Below are positions 1-9,719 of a stretch of 64,000 bases of DNA, in pieces. Under the pieces are notes generated by a model. That model worked only from the letters and a program-made list of their open reading frames with translations. It had not been told where the DNA came from and did not search any database. The first letter of the stretch is position 1. Each line of letters begins with the position of its first letter. Made by a program: the position numbers and the translations under genes. The stretch comes from Opitutales bacterium (GTDB lineage: Bacteria; Verrucomicrobiota; Verrucomicrobiia; Opitutales; UBA2987): assembly GCA_965226885.1 (NCBI GenBank), contig CBDDEL010000015.1:192001-256000 (forward strand). The letters run 5' to 3'.

Positions 1-210
1 CACGCCACGGTTTTCCTGAACAACCAGTTGAACAACTGGAAATTCTCTAGCCACCATTTCGGCGCTCCCATCAGTCGATCCGTCATCGACGACGATGATA
101 TCCTGCGGCTTCCAGGTTTGGTTAAGAACCGCACCTATTGCCCGCGGCAGCAACTCGCGGCGGTTGCAGGTTGGAATGACCACGGAGATGGCGGAATTCC
201 ACTCATTCAT
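1..210 (-). CDS. Glycosyltransferase family 2, N-terminal part (runs off window start)
   Basis: Not in the ORF track. Manual translation from ATG at 210 gives MNEWNSAISVVIPTCNRRELLPRAIGAVLNQTWKPQDIIVVDDGSTDGS, the classic GT2 N-terminal SVVIPxxN and VVDDGSTD motifs. Confidence 0.9.
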   Translation of the reverse strand, partial: MNEWNSAISVVIPTCNRRELLPRAIGAVLNQTWKPQDIIVVDDGSTDGSAEMVAREFPVVQLVVQENRGV

Positions 211-339
211 GTCATATTACCGCTGCGCCCGGAAACACCGGCTATTGAGCGAGCCTACTGGCATACTCTCCCACCGGAGAGGCCGGGGCGACAGGTCCCC
301 GTTTTTACCAGGAATGCGAAAATAATTGCTTTGAAAGAT

Positions 340-1248
340 TCAGGAAATGCCTTTGGCCAGGAGTTCCCGGGCCTCGTCTTTATTGCGGGAGTGTTTGATG
401 TGCGGCGGCACTTCCCGAACGTCCCACACCAATCCCACCCAGGAAAGCATTTTGATGATATAGTAAGTGAAGTCGATTTCCCACCAGTAAAAACCCTGGC
501 GGGTGGCGGACTTGTAGTAATGGTGGTTATTATGCCAGCCTTCCCCCAAGGTGATCAACGCCAGCCATAGGCTGTTTTTCGATTCATCCCCCGTATCGTA
601 GCGGGGTTTGCCGAACTTGTGCATGATGGAATTGATGGAGAATGTGCCGTGCCAGAGAATTACCGTACTAAGACCAAACCCGACCACCAAGGTGGACCAC
701 CCATGCGTAAGCAAAGTGGCCATGGAACCTCCATTGACATAGCCGCCCAGCAACATGACTGCAGTGCCCAGCACAATCGGCGGGATGATGTAAAACCGAT
801 TCAGCCAGACCAGTTCCGGGAATTTGGCAAAATCCTTGATGGCCTTAAATTCGGTCTTTTTGTAATCGGGACCGAGAATCCAGCCCACATGGGAATACCA
901 AAAACCGTAGAGCTTCATGGAATGAGGGTCTTCCGGCGTGTCGCTGTGTTTGTGGTGGTGGCGGTGGTGCGCGGCCCACCACAAAGCGCCCTTTTGAACC
1001 GAGGTTTCGGCCGCAAAGGCCAGAAAAAATTGAAAGGCCCGCGAGGTGCTGTAGGTGCGATGGGAAAAATACCGGTGATAGCCCCCGGTGACAAAAAACA
1101 TCCGTACCCAGTAAAGGGTGATACAAACAATCCAATCGAACAAAGTCGCCCCAGTCCAGATCATGGCCAGCGGCAAAAGATGCAGCAAAATGAATTCTGC
1201 TTCATAGATGTAGGAGGGTTTTTTCCGTACTTGTTTTTCGATTTCCAT
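340..1248 (-). CDS. Membrane fatty-acid (delta-9 acyl-CoA/acyl-lipid) desaturase
   Basis: Three His boxes HRYFSH, HHRHHH and GEGWHNNHH; hydrophobic segments. Confidence 0.92.
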   Translation of the reverse strand: MEIEKQVRKKPSYIYEAEFILLHLLPLAMIWTGATLFDWIVCITLYWVRMFFVTGGYHRYFSHRTYSTSRAFQFFLAFAAETSVQKGALWWAAHHRHHHKHSDTPEDPHSMKLYGFWYSHVGWILGPDYKKTEFKAIKDFAKFPELVWLNRFYIIPPIVLGTAVMLLGGYVNGGSMATLLTHGWSTLVVGFGLSTVILWHGTFSINSIMHKFGKPRYDTGDESKNSLWLALITLGEGWHNNHHYYKSATRQGFYWWEIDFTYYIIKMLSWVGLVWDVREVPPHIKHSRNKDEARELLAKGIS

Positions 1249-1384
1249 GGTTAAAGGTAAGTGATTGCTTATTTGAATTGTTTTGCCCTTGCTGTTGAGA
1301 ATGGCCAGAAATTAGGTACCGGGAGAAAAAGGGCAATAACAAATTTCCCGGAGGTAGAGGGCCGATTCAGTGGCGCTGGCGCCA

Positions 1385-1855
1385 TTACCATACGGCTTCA
1401 TAGTCTTCGCTCAGTAGATTCCAGTTTTTTTTGAATACATGCACACGCCGGCATTCTCCATGGCGGTCTTGAAACTTTTGCCCTTGCAATGCCCAGGCGA
1501 TGACACCACCGACCAGGTTGAGCACGGGTTGGTTCCGTCCCTGTAGTTTTTTTGCGTATATTCCGCTTCGATGCCCTGCCGTGCAATAGGTTATTACGGT
1601 GTGATCCGCATATCGACTCGGGTTTTCTTCAAAATCTTCGGGGGTCAAGGCGCCGGGGATGATTGAGACATCGCGTTCCTTTTCAGACCTCAGGTCGATG
1701 AGGACATATTTCCCCGTCTCGCGCCGTTGCAAGTATTGCTCCACGGAAATATCGCTGGTTTGCGGAAAATCCTCTTTCTTGAATTCCCGGAACTTCTTTT
1801 CCACGAAAGCCATGCGCTCTGGCAGGGTCTTCAATTTGCTTTTTTTAAAAAACAA
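1385..1855 (-). CDS. Rhodanese-like domain protein
   Basis: LIDLRSxxE and SIIPGA motifs, active-site loop YCTAGHRS, NLVGGVIAW. Confidence 0.85.
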   Translation of the reverse strand: MFFKKSKLKTLPERMAFVEKKFREFKKEDFPQTSDISVEQYLQRRETGKYVLIDLRSEKERDVSIIPGALTPEDFEENPSRYADHTVITYCTAGHRSGIYAKKLQGRNQPVLNLVGGVIAWALQGQKFQDRHGECRRVHVFKKNWNLLSEDYEAVW

Positions 1856-2042
1856 GGCTCAGATGGATTGTTGGATTTTGGCTCGAAAGCGCTTCCCGGC
1901 ATGGTATTCGCTCCGCAGTACTCTGGGAGTTTGCCAGACATTGGTAATTTCGTACGAAATTAAAAAATTTATAGTCTCTTGTCAATCGTCAATCCCGCCT
2001 CGACCATTTTGCCGGAGAACGGTGAACGGCAGGGCAGCGCCC

Positions 2043-2936
2043 TCAGCGGCTCAAGATGTCCTTGGCTTTATCCAGAGTGCGTTTTTCTTCCTCCGTCAGT
2101 GAACCGAAGCCCTTGCTGTTGATTTTATCGAGAATGCGATCTACCTCGCTTTTTAAATGGTTGCGATTGGAGATGTTTATAGTGAATTTATTGCTTCGGG
2201 AAGGGCTTCTGCTCCGCTTTTTCACCCATTTGGGCAATTCCACAGCCGTAGAGCTGGATTTGAAAAGAGGTTCCCTGTTGTGCACATATTTAATGAATAG
2301 CCATCCGCACAGCATCCCGCCCAGATGGGCCGAGTAGGCCACGCCGCTTCCCATGCCCTGGGGCGAAATTTCGTAAAACAAAAATCCGAAGAGGTTGATA
2401 AAGAGCGAAAACCAAAGGATGTATTTGGGAAGTATGGATAATGGGATGATAAAAAAGAGCAAAAATTGCACCCGCTGGTTCGGGTAGAGCAGGCAGTAAA
2501 CCGTCAAAAATCCGAGGGCTGCGGCCGAAGCGCCCATGACCAGGCCGCCCTGGTAATTGAATACCAGCCAAAAAAGGCCCCCCATGACGGCTGACGCTAT
2601 ATAAAGACCGAGCAGCCGATGCGATCCCACGACCGGCTGGAGAATCCGCCCGAACAGGAAAATTCCCAGCAGATTTCCCAAAATATGAAAAAGCATTTGG
2701 GTCGAATGCAAAAAACTGTAGGTCAGCGGTGTCCACAGGTAACCACTACTGAATCCCTTGCCGGTCAACGCAAAATACTTGAGAAAGGTGTTGTAAGGGG
2801 CCGGGCTGCTCATCCACCGCTCCAGAACGCATTGCACGATGAATACCGCGATATTGGCAATAATAAGCCATTTGAGGACCGGCTTTTCTCGCCGGTACTC
2901 TTCCTGGCGACGCATATATGGCCTATCGTATAACAT
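2043..2936 (-). CDS. Rhomboid-family intramembrane serine protease
   Basis: FLH...HILGN, catalytic GASAA and AHLGG motifs, multiple TM segments, C-terminal VDRILDKI...LTEEEK tail. Confidence 0.92.
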   Translation of the reverse strand: MLYDRPYMRRQEEYRREKPVLKWLIIANIAVFIVQCVLERWMSSPAPYNTFLKYFALTGKGFSSGYLWTPLTYSFLHSTQMLFHILGNLLGIFLFGRILQPVVGSHRLLGLYIASAVMGGLFWLVFNYQGGLVMGASAAALGFLTVYCLLYPNQRVQFLLFFIIPLSILPKYILWFSLFINLFGFLFYEISPQGMGSGVAYSAHLGGMLCGWLFIKYVHNREPLFKSSSTAVELPKWVKKRSRSPSRSNKFTINISNRNHLKSEVDRILDKINSKGFGSLTEEEKRTLDKAKDILSR

Positions 2937-3096
2937 CGGGACTAGTGGCTATTCAACAATCAGGCCAGCTTTCACCGCCCGCAGGGTCCTGGCTGATGGC
3001 ACAGCTTCCCTCTTATTGCCCCGGGTATAAGACATAATCTCGCGGACTCTGTCAAAGCAAACTGCAATTGATTCCTTAAGTATTTAGATAACAATA

Positions 3097-3156
3097 AATT
3101 ACACATCATTTAAGGTCTTCTGTGGCAATTACACATCATTTAAGGTCTTCTGTGGC
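3097..3156. repeat. Perfect 30-bp tandem duplication upstream of the ferredoxin gene
   Basis: aattacacatcatttaaggtcttctgtggc occurs twice back to back. Confidence 0.95.
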
Positions 3157-3218
3157 TGTCCAAGTTTTTTTCAATCCTTCTTGACACCCAACAGGAAATA
3201 ACAAACTTTTCCGGTGTT

Positions 3219-3464
3219 ATGGCTGATATAGATGATAAATGGCCGCTCAATGCGGTAGGCAAATTTTATGTGGACGAGCAATGCATCGATTGCGACCTGT
3301 GCCGTGAAACGGCGCCCGATTTCTTCAAACGCGACGACGATGGCGGATATTCCTATGTCTACAGCCAGCCCAATTCGGACAACGAGGACGATATCGCCCT
3401 CTGCATGGAAGCCCTCGAGGGCTGCCCCGTAGAAGCCATCGGCGATGATGGCGGCGATGACTGA
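3219..3464 (+). CDS. Single-cluster ferredoxin
   Basis: CIDCDLC...CPVEAI motif, small and acidic. Confidence 0.92.
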   Translation: MADIDDKWPLNAVGKFYVDEQCIDCDLCRETAPDFFKRDDDGGYSYVYSQPNSDNEDDIALCMEALEGCPVEAIGDDGGDD

Positions 3465-3527
3465 TTTCCTGGTCTTGGTAATTTACGCTGGAAAACCTGG
3501 TTTCTTCTCAGTCAAGTGTAGTGTTCC

Positions 3528-5003
3528 TCAGGAAAAACGCTTCCACAAGGAGGGCGAAAAGAGGACCAGGATGGCGAAAAGCTCTAGCCTCCCCATGATC
3601 ATAAGAAGGGAAAGGGCGTATTTTGTGTAATCGTGGAAAAATGCGTAGCTTTTAGCTGGGCCGATCTCCTGTAAACCCGGCCCGACATTGAACAGGCAAG
3701 CCAAAACGGTGGAAATGGCCCCTTCCACTGACAAATAGGGCTCAAAAAATACCACCAGAAAAAGACTCAAATTAGCTAACAGCGCAGCGAGTACCAAGTA
3801 GCTGATAATGCCTTCCTGGGCGGGCCGGTCGAGATTTCTCCCATTGATTTTCACCGAGCGGACCACGTGGGTGCGAAATGCTTTTTCGATATTGATCAGG
3901 GAGACTTTGACCGCCACCACAACGCGAATTACCTTGAGACCTCCGGCGGTGGAACCGGAGCTTCCCCCAATCATCATGAGTATCAGGAAAATGGCATGGG
4001 CAAAGGGTGGCCAAGAGTTAAAATCGGCGGTGGAATACCCGGTCCCGGTCAATAAGGAAACCACTTGAAAAGTGCCCAGCCGAATCGCCTCCTGCCAGGA
4101 CTCATTTACCTCGAAAACGATCAGATGCCAACTGATCAATAGAGATACGAACACCAAAATGAGGTAAAAAGCACCCGTCTCGGTGCTTTCGCGAACCGCC
4201 CTCCAATGACCCTTAATGATGTGCAGCATGACTATGAAACTGGTTCCTCCAAGGACCATGAAGAGGACCACCATCCATTCCAGAAGAGGATTTTGAAAGG
4301 CTCCCACACTGGCGCTCCTGGTGCTGAAACCGCCCGTCGCCACAGATGTGAACATGTGGCATACAGCGTCGTACCATTCAAGCCCGCACAACCGGTAGGT
4401 TACAGCGCAGATTGCCGACAGGCCCCCGTAGAGGCCCATGATCTGCAATACTCCCGTTTGCACTCGTCCCGAATCGAGGTCCGTGGAATGGGCTGAAGAT
4501 TCACTCGAGTAGAGGATTTTCGCGCCCACCCCCAGGAAGCTCAAAATGGCCACAAAAAAGACCACCACGCCCAGGCCACCGATCCATTGGCTGAGGCTGC
4601 GCCAGAATAACAGGCTGTGGGGCATTTTCTCCAAATCGGAAAAAACCGAAGCCCCGGTGGTGGTTAAACCGGAGGTCGATTCAAAAATGGCATTGGCCAG
4701 AGAACAACCCGGAATGATAAGAAAATACGGTAGCGAGCCGATCAGGCTGGCCAATATCCAGCCCAGCCCGATTACACAGAGGGCCTCCTTGCGGAACATT
4801 TTCAAATTTCCCTCTCTGCCCAGAAAAATAAATCCGATGGACGTGGCAAAAGCGATGACGGCGCTTATCCCGAACCCCCTCAAAGCATCTTGCTCTATGC
4901 TCAATGCACGATAGGGATAACCAACCCCCAAGCTGGCCAGAAAAGCGATGGCCTCAATCAGCAAGATAGTGCCCAGCAGCCTGAATATTATGGGGTAATT
5001 CAT
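3528..5003 (-). CDS. trkH: TrkH-family potassium uptake membrane protein
   Basis: Four pore-loop Gly motifs (TTTGAS, ATGGFS, TGTGYS, NVGPG), GSTAGGLK and MGRLE; adjacent to trkA. Confidence 0.93.
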   Translation of the reverse strand: MNYPIIFRLLGTILLIEAIAFLASLGVGYPYRALSIEQDALRGFGISAVIAFATSIGFIFLGREGNLKMFRKEALCVIGLGWILASLIGSLPYFLIIPGCSLANAIFESTSGLTTTGASVFSDLEKMPHSLLFWRSLSQWIGGLGVVVFFVAILSFLGVGAKILYSSESSAHSTDLDSGRVQTGVLQIMGLYGGLSAICAVTYRLCGLEWYDAVCHMFTSVATGGFSTRSASVGAFQNPLLEWMVVLFMVLGGTSFIVMLHIIKGHWRAVRESTETGAFYLILVFVSLLISWHLIVFEVNESWQEAIRLGTFQVVSLLTGTGYSTADFNSWPPFAHAIFLILMMIGGSSGSTAGGLKVIRVVVAVKVSLINIEKAFRTHVVRSVKINGRNLDRPAQEGIISYLVLAALLANLSLFLVVFFEPYLSVEGAISTVLACLFNVGPGLQEIGPAKSYAFFHDYTKYALSLLMIMGRLELFAILVLFSPSLWKRFS

Positions 5004-5060
5004 TTATTTAATTAATTAGGGGAGGAAAGCTCCGCTCTCTTTTCATCAAGAGGCGGTTTG

Positions 5061-6434
5061 TCAGTCCTCCGATAACAGATTTTGTAGTTCCTTGGTTTTG
5101 CCCCCCTGGGAAATCAGCACAATACGGTCCCCTCCCAATATGATATCATCGGCTCCCGGCACTTTGGCCTGAAACTTGTGCAACAGGGCTACCATGACAC
5201 AGCCCTTGGGCAAAGGGATATTGCGCAGCGGCTGGCCGGCGAATCGATTGTTGTGACTCAGGTGGATCTCCAGGACTTTGCCTACTCCATCCGGTAGGGT
5301 GGCCAGCTCCAGTATTGGTTCCGTGGAAAGGTAGCGCAGCACCTCACGGGCTGTCGTCACGCGTGGAGAAACCATCATTTCAACCCCCAGAGAGCTTTTC
5401 AGTCCATCCAGAACATCTTCGTAGTCGGTTTTGTGGATGACCAGCTGCACATGTGCCGCACCCAGTTTGGAGGCCTGCAATCCGGTCATGATATTGTCCT
5501 CGTCGTCCTTCGTGGAGGCCACAAAATAATCGGCGCTGCCAATCTGCTCCTCCTCCAGAAGCCGTAGCGAGGTGGCGTCGCCGTTGATCACTGTGACCCT
5601 GGGAAATTTTTCCGCCAGCTCCCGGCATATGGCGCCATCCTTCTCAATAATGCGGATTTTATAACGCGGATTGGCCAATAGCCGGGCCAGGGCCACAGCC
5701 GTTTCGCCGCCGCCATAAAGGGCCACCCTGACCGGTTCCTCTTTGCTCTCCGGATCGAATTTGGTTTTCATTTTCAAAAGGACGTCCGGATGGCCGAAAA
5801 GAGTCACCCGGTCATCCCCCTCCAGCACCGTGTCGGCGGAGGGCACTTCCACTGCCTTGCGGCGCTGGATAAAAGCCTTGCGGCGCTGGATAAAACCGAT
5901 GCGGACATGATCCAGCCGTATGTCCCGCAACTTTATACCGATTAAGCGGGAGCGTCTGGAAACCGTAACCTGTTGTGCTTCGATTTGCCCGCGGGAGAAA
6001 TACTCCACTGCCACACGCCCGGGGTTGCGGATCGATTTAGCCAACTGCACCGCGCACAAACCCTCCGGATTGATCATATGGTCAATGCCGAAGTGCAACT
6101 GGTAATTGACATAAGAATTGTCCGTATAAGTCTGATCGTGCACACGGGTGATGGTGACCTGCGCCCCCAGCACCTTGGCCAGCGAGGAAGCCACCAGGTT
6201 GGTCCGGTCCTCACTCGTCATGGCCAGAAAAAAGTGGCATTCACGCACCCCTGCCTTGACCAGTGTCTCGGCCGAACTGCCATTTCCGACCAGCACCTTG
6301 GCATCGATCAACTCATCCACCCTTTGGGCGATGGCCTCGTCCGATTCGATGACGGTCACATCGTGAGCCTTACCGCTCAACAACCCGCAAAGGTAGCTGC
6401 CCACCTCCCCGGCTCCCACTATTATGATTTTCAT
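5061..6434 (-). CDS. trkA: Trk system potassium uptake protein TrkA
   Basis: MKIIIVGAGEVG Rossmann start (ATG at 6434 preferred over the upstream start in the track), second RCK domain YGGGETA; contains an in-frame 21-bp duplication. Confidence 0.93.
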   Translation of the reverse strand: MKIIIVGAGEVGSYLCGLLSGKAHDVTVIESDEAIAQRVDELIDAKVLVGNGSSAETLVKAGVRECHFFLAMTSEDRTNLVASSLAKVLGAQVTITRVHDQTYTDNSYVNYQLHFGIDHMINPEGLCAVQLAKSIRNPGRVAVEYFSRGQIEAQQVTVSRRSRLIGIKLRDIRLDHVRIGFIQRRKAFIQRRKAVEVPSADTVLEGDDRVTLFGHPDVLLKMKTKFDPESKEEPVRVALYGGGETAVALARLLANPRYKIRIIEKDGAICRELAEKFPRVTVINGDATSLRLLEEEQIGSADYFVASTKDDEDNIMTGLQASKLGAAHVQLVIHKTDYEDVLDGLKSSLGVEMMVSPRVTTAREVLRYLSTEPILELATLPDGVGKVLEIHLSHNNRFAGQPLRNIPLPKGCVMVALLHKFQAKVPGADDIILGGDRIVLISQGGKTKELQNLLSED

Positions 6435-6540
6435 ATTATCTATAATAAAAAAGGGGAAGAGCGTTACCGCCCAACTCCCCAATGACCTTTTGATGGCGTG
6501 TGTGCAATGGCTTGAAAAACTCGATGAGCCGTGGCGCTAA

Positions 6541-8108
6541 CCCGGATATTTCGTAAAAAAAAGTATCGTTGATATGCTTAACTGCTGATATACAGCAGGA
6601 TAGATCAATAATTAAAGCAATATCAGCGATGACAAAAGGTAAACAATTAAAGCTACAGTTGACAAGGGTAAAAGGCCGCCGTGTGCGGGTTGATTTCAAG
6701 GGCGGAGAGGTTACTTCGGATGCCGGACTGCTTTTGATCCGGGAAGTGGATCGGCAGTTGGGCTTGACCGAACGAGCGGCCCGACAGTTAGTGGACAAAC
6801 GGCAGAAGGGCAAAGTACGCCATGAGGTATTGGGGATGCTGCGGCAGCGCGTTTACGGGCTGGTGGCGGGCTATGAGGATTTGAACGACTTTGATACCCT
6901 GCGCCACGATCCATTGTTGCAAACGGTAACGGGGCGCATTGAAACGTTGGCCAGCGCGCCGACTTTGTGTCGTTTTGAAAACGGGCAGGATCGGCGGGCG
7001 GCCTTTGCGGTAAACGAGCTGTTGGTCGAACAGTTCATGGGCTCCTTTGCCGAGGAACCCGAAGAGATCATCCTGGACTTTGACGCCACCGACAATCCGG
7101 TGCACGGGCTCCAGGAGGGACGTTTTTTCCACGGTTATTATGATCATTACTGTTTTCTGCCGCTATATGTTTTTTGCGGTGATCAGCTGCTGGTGGCCTA
7201 CCTGCGGCCGAGCAAGATCGATGCCAGCAAGCATGCCGGGGCCATCCTCAAATTGCTGGTTAAACGGATTCGCCAAAGCTGGCCCCGTAAGCGGATTATT
7301 TGGCGCGCCGACAGTGGATTTTGTCGAGACCGGATACTCTCTTGGTGCGACCGCAACGAAGTTAGTTACATCGTGGGGATGGCTCGCAATGCACGCTTGC
7401 AGCAAGACGCCCAGCAGTTGCAAAAGCAGGCCAAAGAATGGTTCGAACTAAGGGGTAAAAAACAACGGTTATTCCAGGACTTCGTCTATGCTGCCGATTC
7501 GTGGCGATGGCTGCGGTTGGTCATCCATAAAGCCGAACACACCGCACAGGGGTCCAACCCGCGCTTCGTGGTGACGAACCTGCCGGGCGATCCCCAGGAG
7601 CTTTACGACAAGGTATACTGTGGCCGCGGTGAAATGGAGAACCGAATCAAGGAACAGATGCAATTGTTCAGCGAGCGCACCAGCGCCCATCAATGGTGGG
7701 CCAATCAGTGGCGATTGCTCTTGTCGGCGCTGGCCTACACCTTGATGGAAGCCATGCGCCGGCTAGCCTTAAAAGGGACGAAGTGGGCGCGGGCCCAATG
7801 CCACACCCTGCGGCTCAAATTAATCAAGATCGGAGCGGTCATCGTGCGCAACACCCGAACGATTCACTTTCACCTAAGTGAGAGTTATCCTTGGGCCAGT
7901 CTTTTCAACCATGCGGCCCGCCGATTGGTGCCAACCTAAAGGGTGCATTGGTGCTGCCCCCGGCACTACCGAACCAATGGGGGAAAGGGGGCAGTGTCTC
8001 TACACCCTGAAAAACACCTAAAAATCAAGACGATCTGCTCAAAATACAAAGAAATCCATCTCCAATAGCAATAACGAGCCAAACTTTACCCTTCATGAAA
8101 TATCCGGG
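6541..8108 (+). mobile_element. IS1380-family insertion sequence, copy 1 (intact)
   Basis: Terminal IRs CCCGGATATTTC...GAAATATCCGGG, flanked by a CTAA duplication (6537-6540 and 8109-8112). Confidence 0.95.
6629..7939 (+). CDS. IS1380-family DDE transposase
   Basis: TSDAG, LDFDATD...HGxQEG.F.HGYY, RADSGF and RGEMENRIKE motifs. ATG at 6629 preferred because the upstream TTG is lost in copy 5. Confidence 0.93.
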   Translation: MTKGKQLKLQLTRVKGRRVRVDFKGGEVTSDAGLLLIREVDRQLGLTERAARQLVDKRQKGKVRHEVLGMLRQRVYGLVAGYEDLNDFDTLRHDPLLQTVTGRIETLASAPTLCRFENGQDRRAAFAVNELLVEQFMGSFAEEPEEIILDFDATDNPVHGLQEGRFFHGYYDHYCFLPLYVFCGDQLLVAYLRPSKIDASKHAGAILKLLVKRIRQSWPRKRIIWRADSGFCRDRILSWCDRNEVSYIVGMARNARLQQDAQQLQKQAKEWFELRGKKQRLFQDFVYAADSWRWLRLVIHKAEHTAQGSNPRFVVTNLPGDPQELYDKVYCGRGEMENRIKEQMQLFSERTSAHQWWANQWRLLLSALAYTLMEAMRRLALKGTKWARAQCHTLRLKLIKIGAVIVRNTRTIHFHLSESYPWASLFNHAARRLVPT

Positions 8109-8312
8109 CTAACCGGTATCCGCCGGTACGGTTTTAGAACGCTCCTTCACTGAGCACATGTTTATGCCAGTCTCAATGTTAGCGCATACATTGCATTTGA
8201 AAAGCATATATTTTGCCTCCCGATTCGAGCGCCGACAGTCAAAAATTCCATTGCCGGGCTCTCTTCGGAACCATAGCTTCGCTCCTTTTATCACTGGAAT
8301 TCTATTTATAAT

Positions 8313-9317
8313 ATGTCTAATCTCGTCTCCGCCAAACTGGTCCTGGTCGCCATGTATGAACCCTCCGATGAAGAATTCGGGGAACTCGGCGTATTTCTCA
8401 AGGGCGAAAATCTCAATCCTGTGCAGGCGGATACTGCCGGGCTGCCGGGCCGCCTTTACGAGCGCGAGGACGGCCTGCTCGCCATCCATGCCGGAGTGGG
8501 CAACCCCAACACCGCCGTATCCATCATGGCCCTGGGCCTGGCCGGCGGTTACGATTTGAGCAAGGCATACTGGCTCATTTCCGGCATCGCCGGGGGCAAC
8601 CCCCGCAACTGTCCACTGGGTAGCGCGGTCTGGACCGATTGGGCCGTGGACGGCGATCTGGCCTTCGAAATTTCCCCTGAAGACAAACCCCAGGACTGGT
8701 CAACGGGCATTCTCCCCATGGGGGCCAAGGAACCCTACGGCCCTCACTCGGTGGACGATGCCGCCTTCGGCCAAAGGTATGAAGTCAGCCAATTAAACCC
8801 GAAACTCTGCCAGTGGGCCTTTAACCTGACCAAAGACATTCCCCTCATCGATAATGAAGAAATGAAAGCGGCACGCCGGGCCTATACCGGCTTTCCCCAT
8901 ATCCAGGGCCCGCCCCAGGTCTTGTGCGGGGGCAACCTGACCACCGGACGCTACTGGCACAGCCGCCAATTAACGGAATGGGCCGAACGCTGGGTCGATT
9001 ATTGGACGGAAGGCAAAGGAACTTTCTACACCTCGGCCATGGAAGACACCGGCACCCTCCACGCCCTCTGCTACCTCTCCCGCATGGGCAAAGTCGATTA
9101 CGACCGCGTCCTCCTGCTGCGGGCGGCCAGCAACTTCACCTACCCCCCGCCCGGCAAAACGGTCCTCCAAAACCTCTTCGGCGACGCCCAGGGAGACGCC
9201 CACTACCCCGGCTACATCCCCTCCCTCCAAAACGCCCAAAAAACCGCCACCACCATCATCCAAAAAATCCTCACCAACTGGCCAACCTACCGGGACAGGT
9301 CGCCAAATCCCGGCTAA
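8313..9317 (+). CDS. Purine nucleoside permease (NUP)-like / nucleoside phosphorylase-fold protein
   Basis: YDLSKAYWLISGIAGGNP, VDGDL, SAMED and RVLLLRAASNF motifs typical of the NUP family. Confidence 0.8.
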   Translation: MSNLVSAKLVLVAMYEPSDEEFGELGVFLKGENLNPVQADTAGLPGRLYEREDGLLAIHAGVGNPNTAVSIMALGLAGGYDLSKAYWLISGIAGGNPRNCPLGSAVWTDWAVDGDLAFEISPEDKPQDWSTGILPMGAKEPYGPHSVDDAAFGQRYEVSQLNPKLCQWAFNLTKDIPLIDNEEMKAARRAYTGFPHIQGPPQVLCGGNLTTGRYWHSRQLTEWAERWVDYWTEGKGTFYTSAMEDTGTLHALCYLSRMGKVDYDRVLLLRAASNFTYPPPGKTVLQNLFGDAQGDAHYPGYIPSLQNAQKTATTIIQKILTNWPTYRDRSPNPG

Positions 9318-9719
9318 TTTTCCCGTAAAACCCGCAAATCTTCGCTTTGTTCATTTAGCGTTTGATAAATAACGTCCTTTGTGTATCTTTACACTGGCTA
9401 TGTTTCATCAGCGCCGACATCTGCCTCCGCTATGCAAGTTTTGGATATTCTTCATCACTGGTTTTATGGCTTTCAGTGCTTTTTCAGCCGAGGAGCCTCA
9501 AAACCTTGCCAAACTCCAATCTCAGGCTAAAGAGGGCTATGCCGTAGCCCAAAGTGAATTGGCCCTTGGCCCTATTGTAGAGGCTGTCCCAAAAATATAA
9601 AAATTTTATAGTCAACTGGATGACGTTGATAAAAAGAGCCGGAAAGAGCAAGTTTTTGCTCGATCCGGCCAAAAAAGGGTTCTATAATTGAGTTAGCGAA
9701 AATCAATATAGCCCTTTCT

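Noticed and set aside
28..1254. Plus-strand ORFs 28-570 and 619-1254, and the many similar antisense ORFs in the track
   Set aside because: They are shadows of well-supported genes on the opposite strand or in another frame and have no recognisable motifs.
7940..8008. HDV-like ribozyme in the IS1380 3' UTR
   Set aside because: A CGAA precedes a P2-like strand, but there is no room for P1', P1.1 and P4; kept only as a generic structure.
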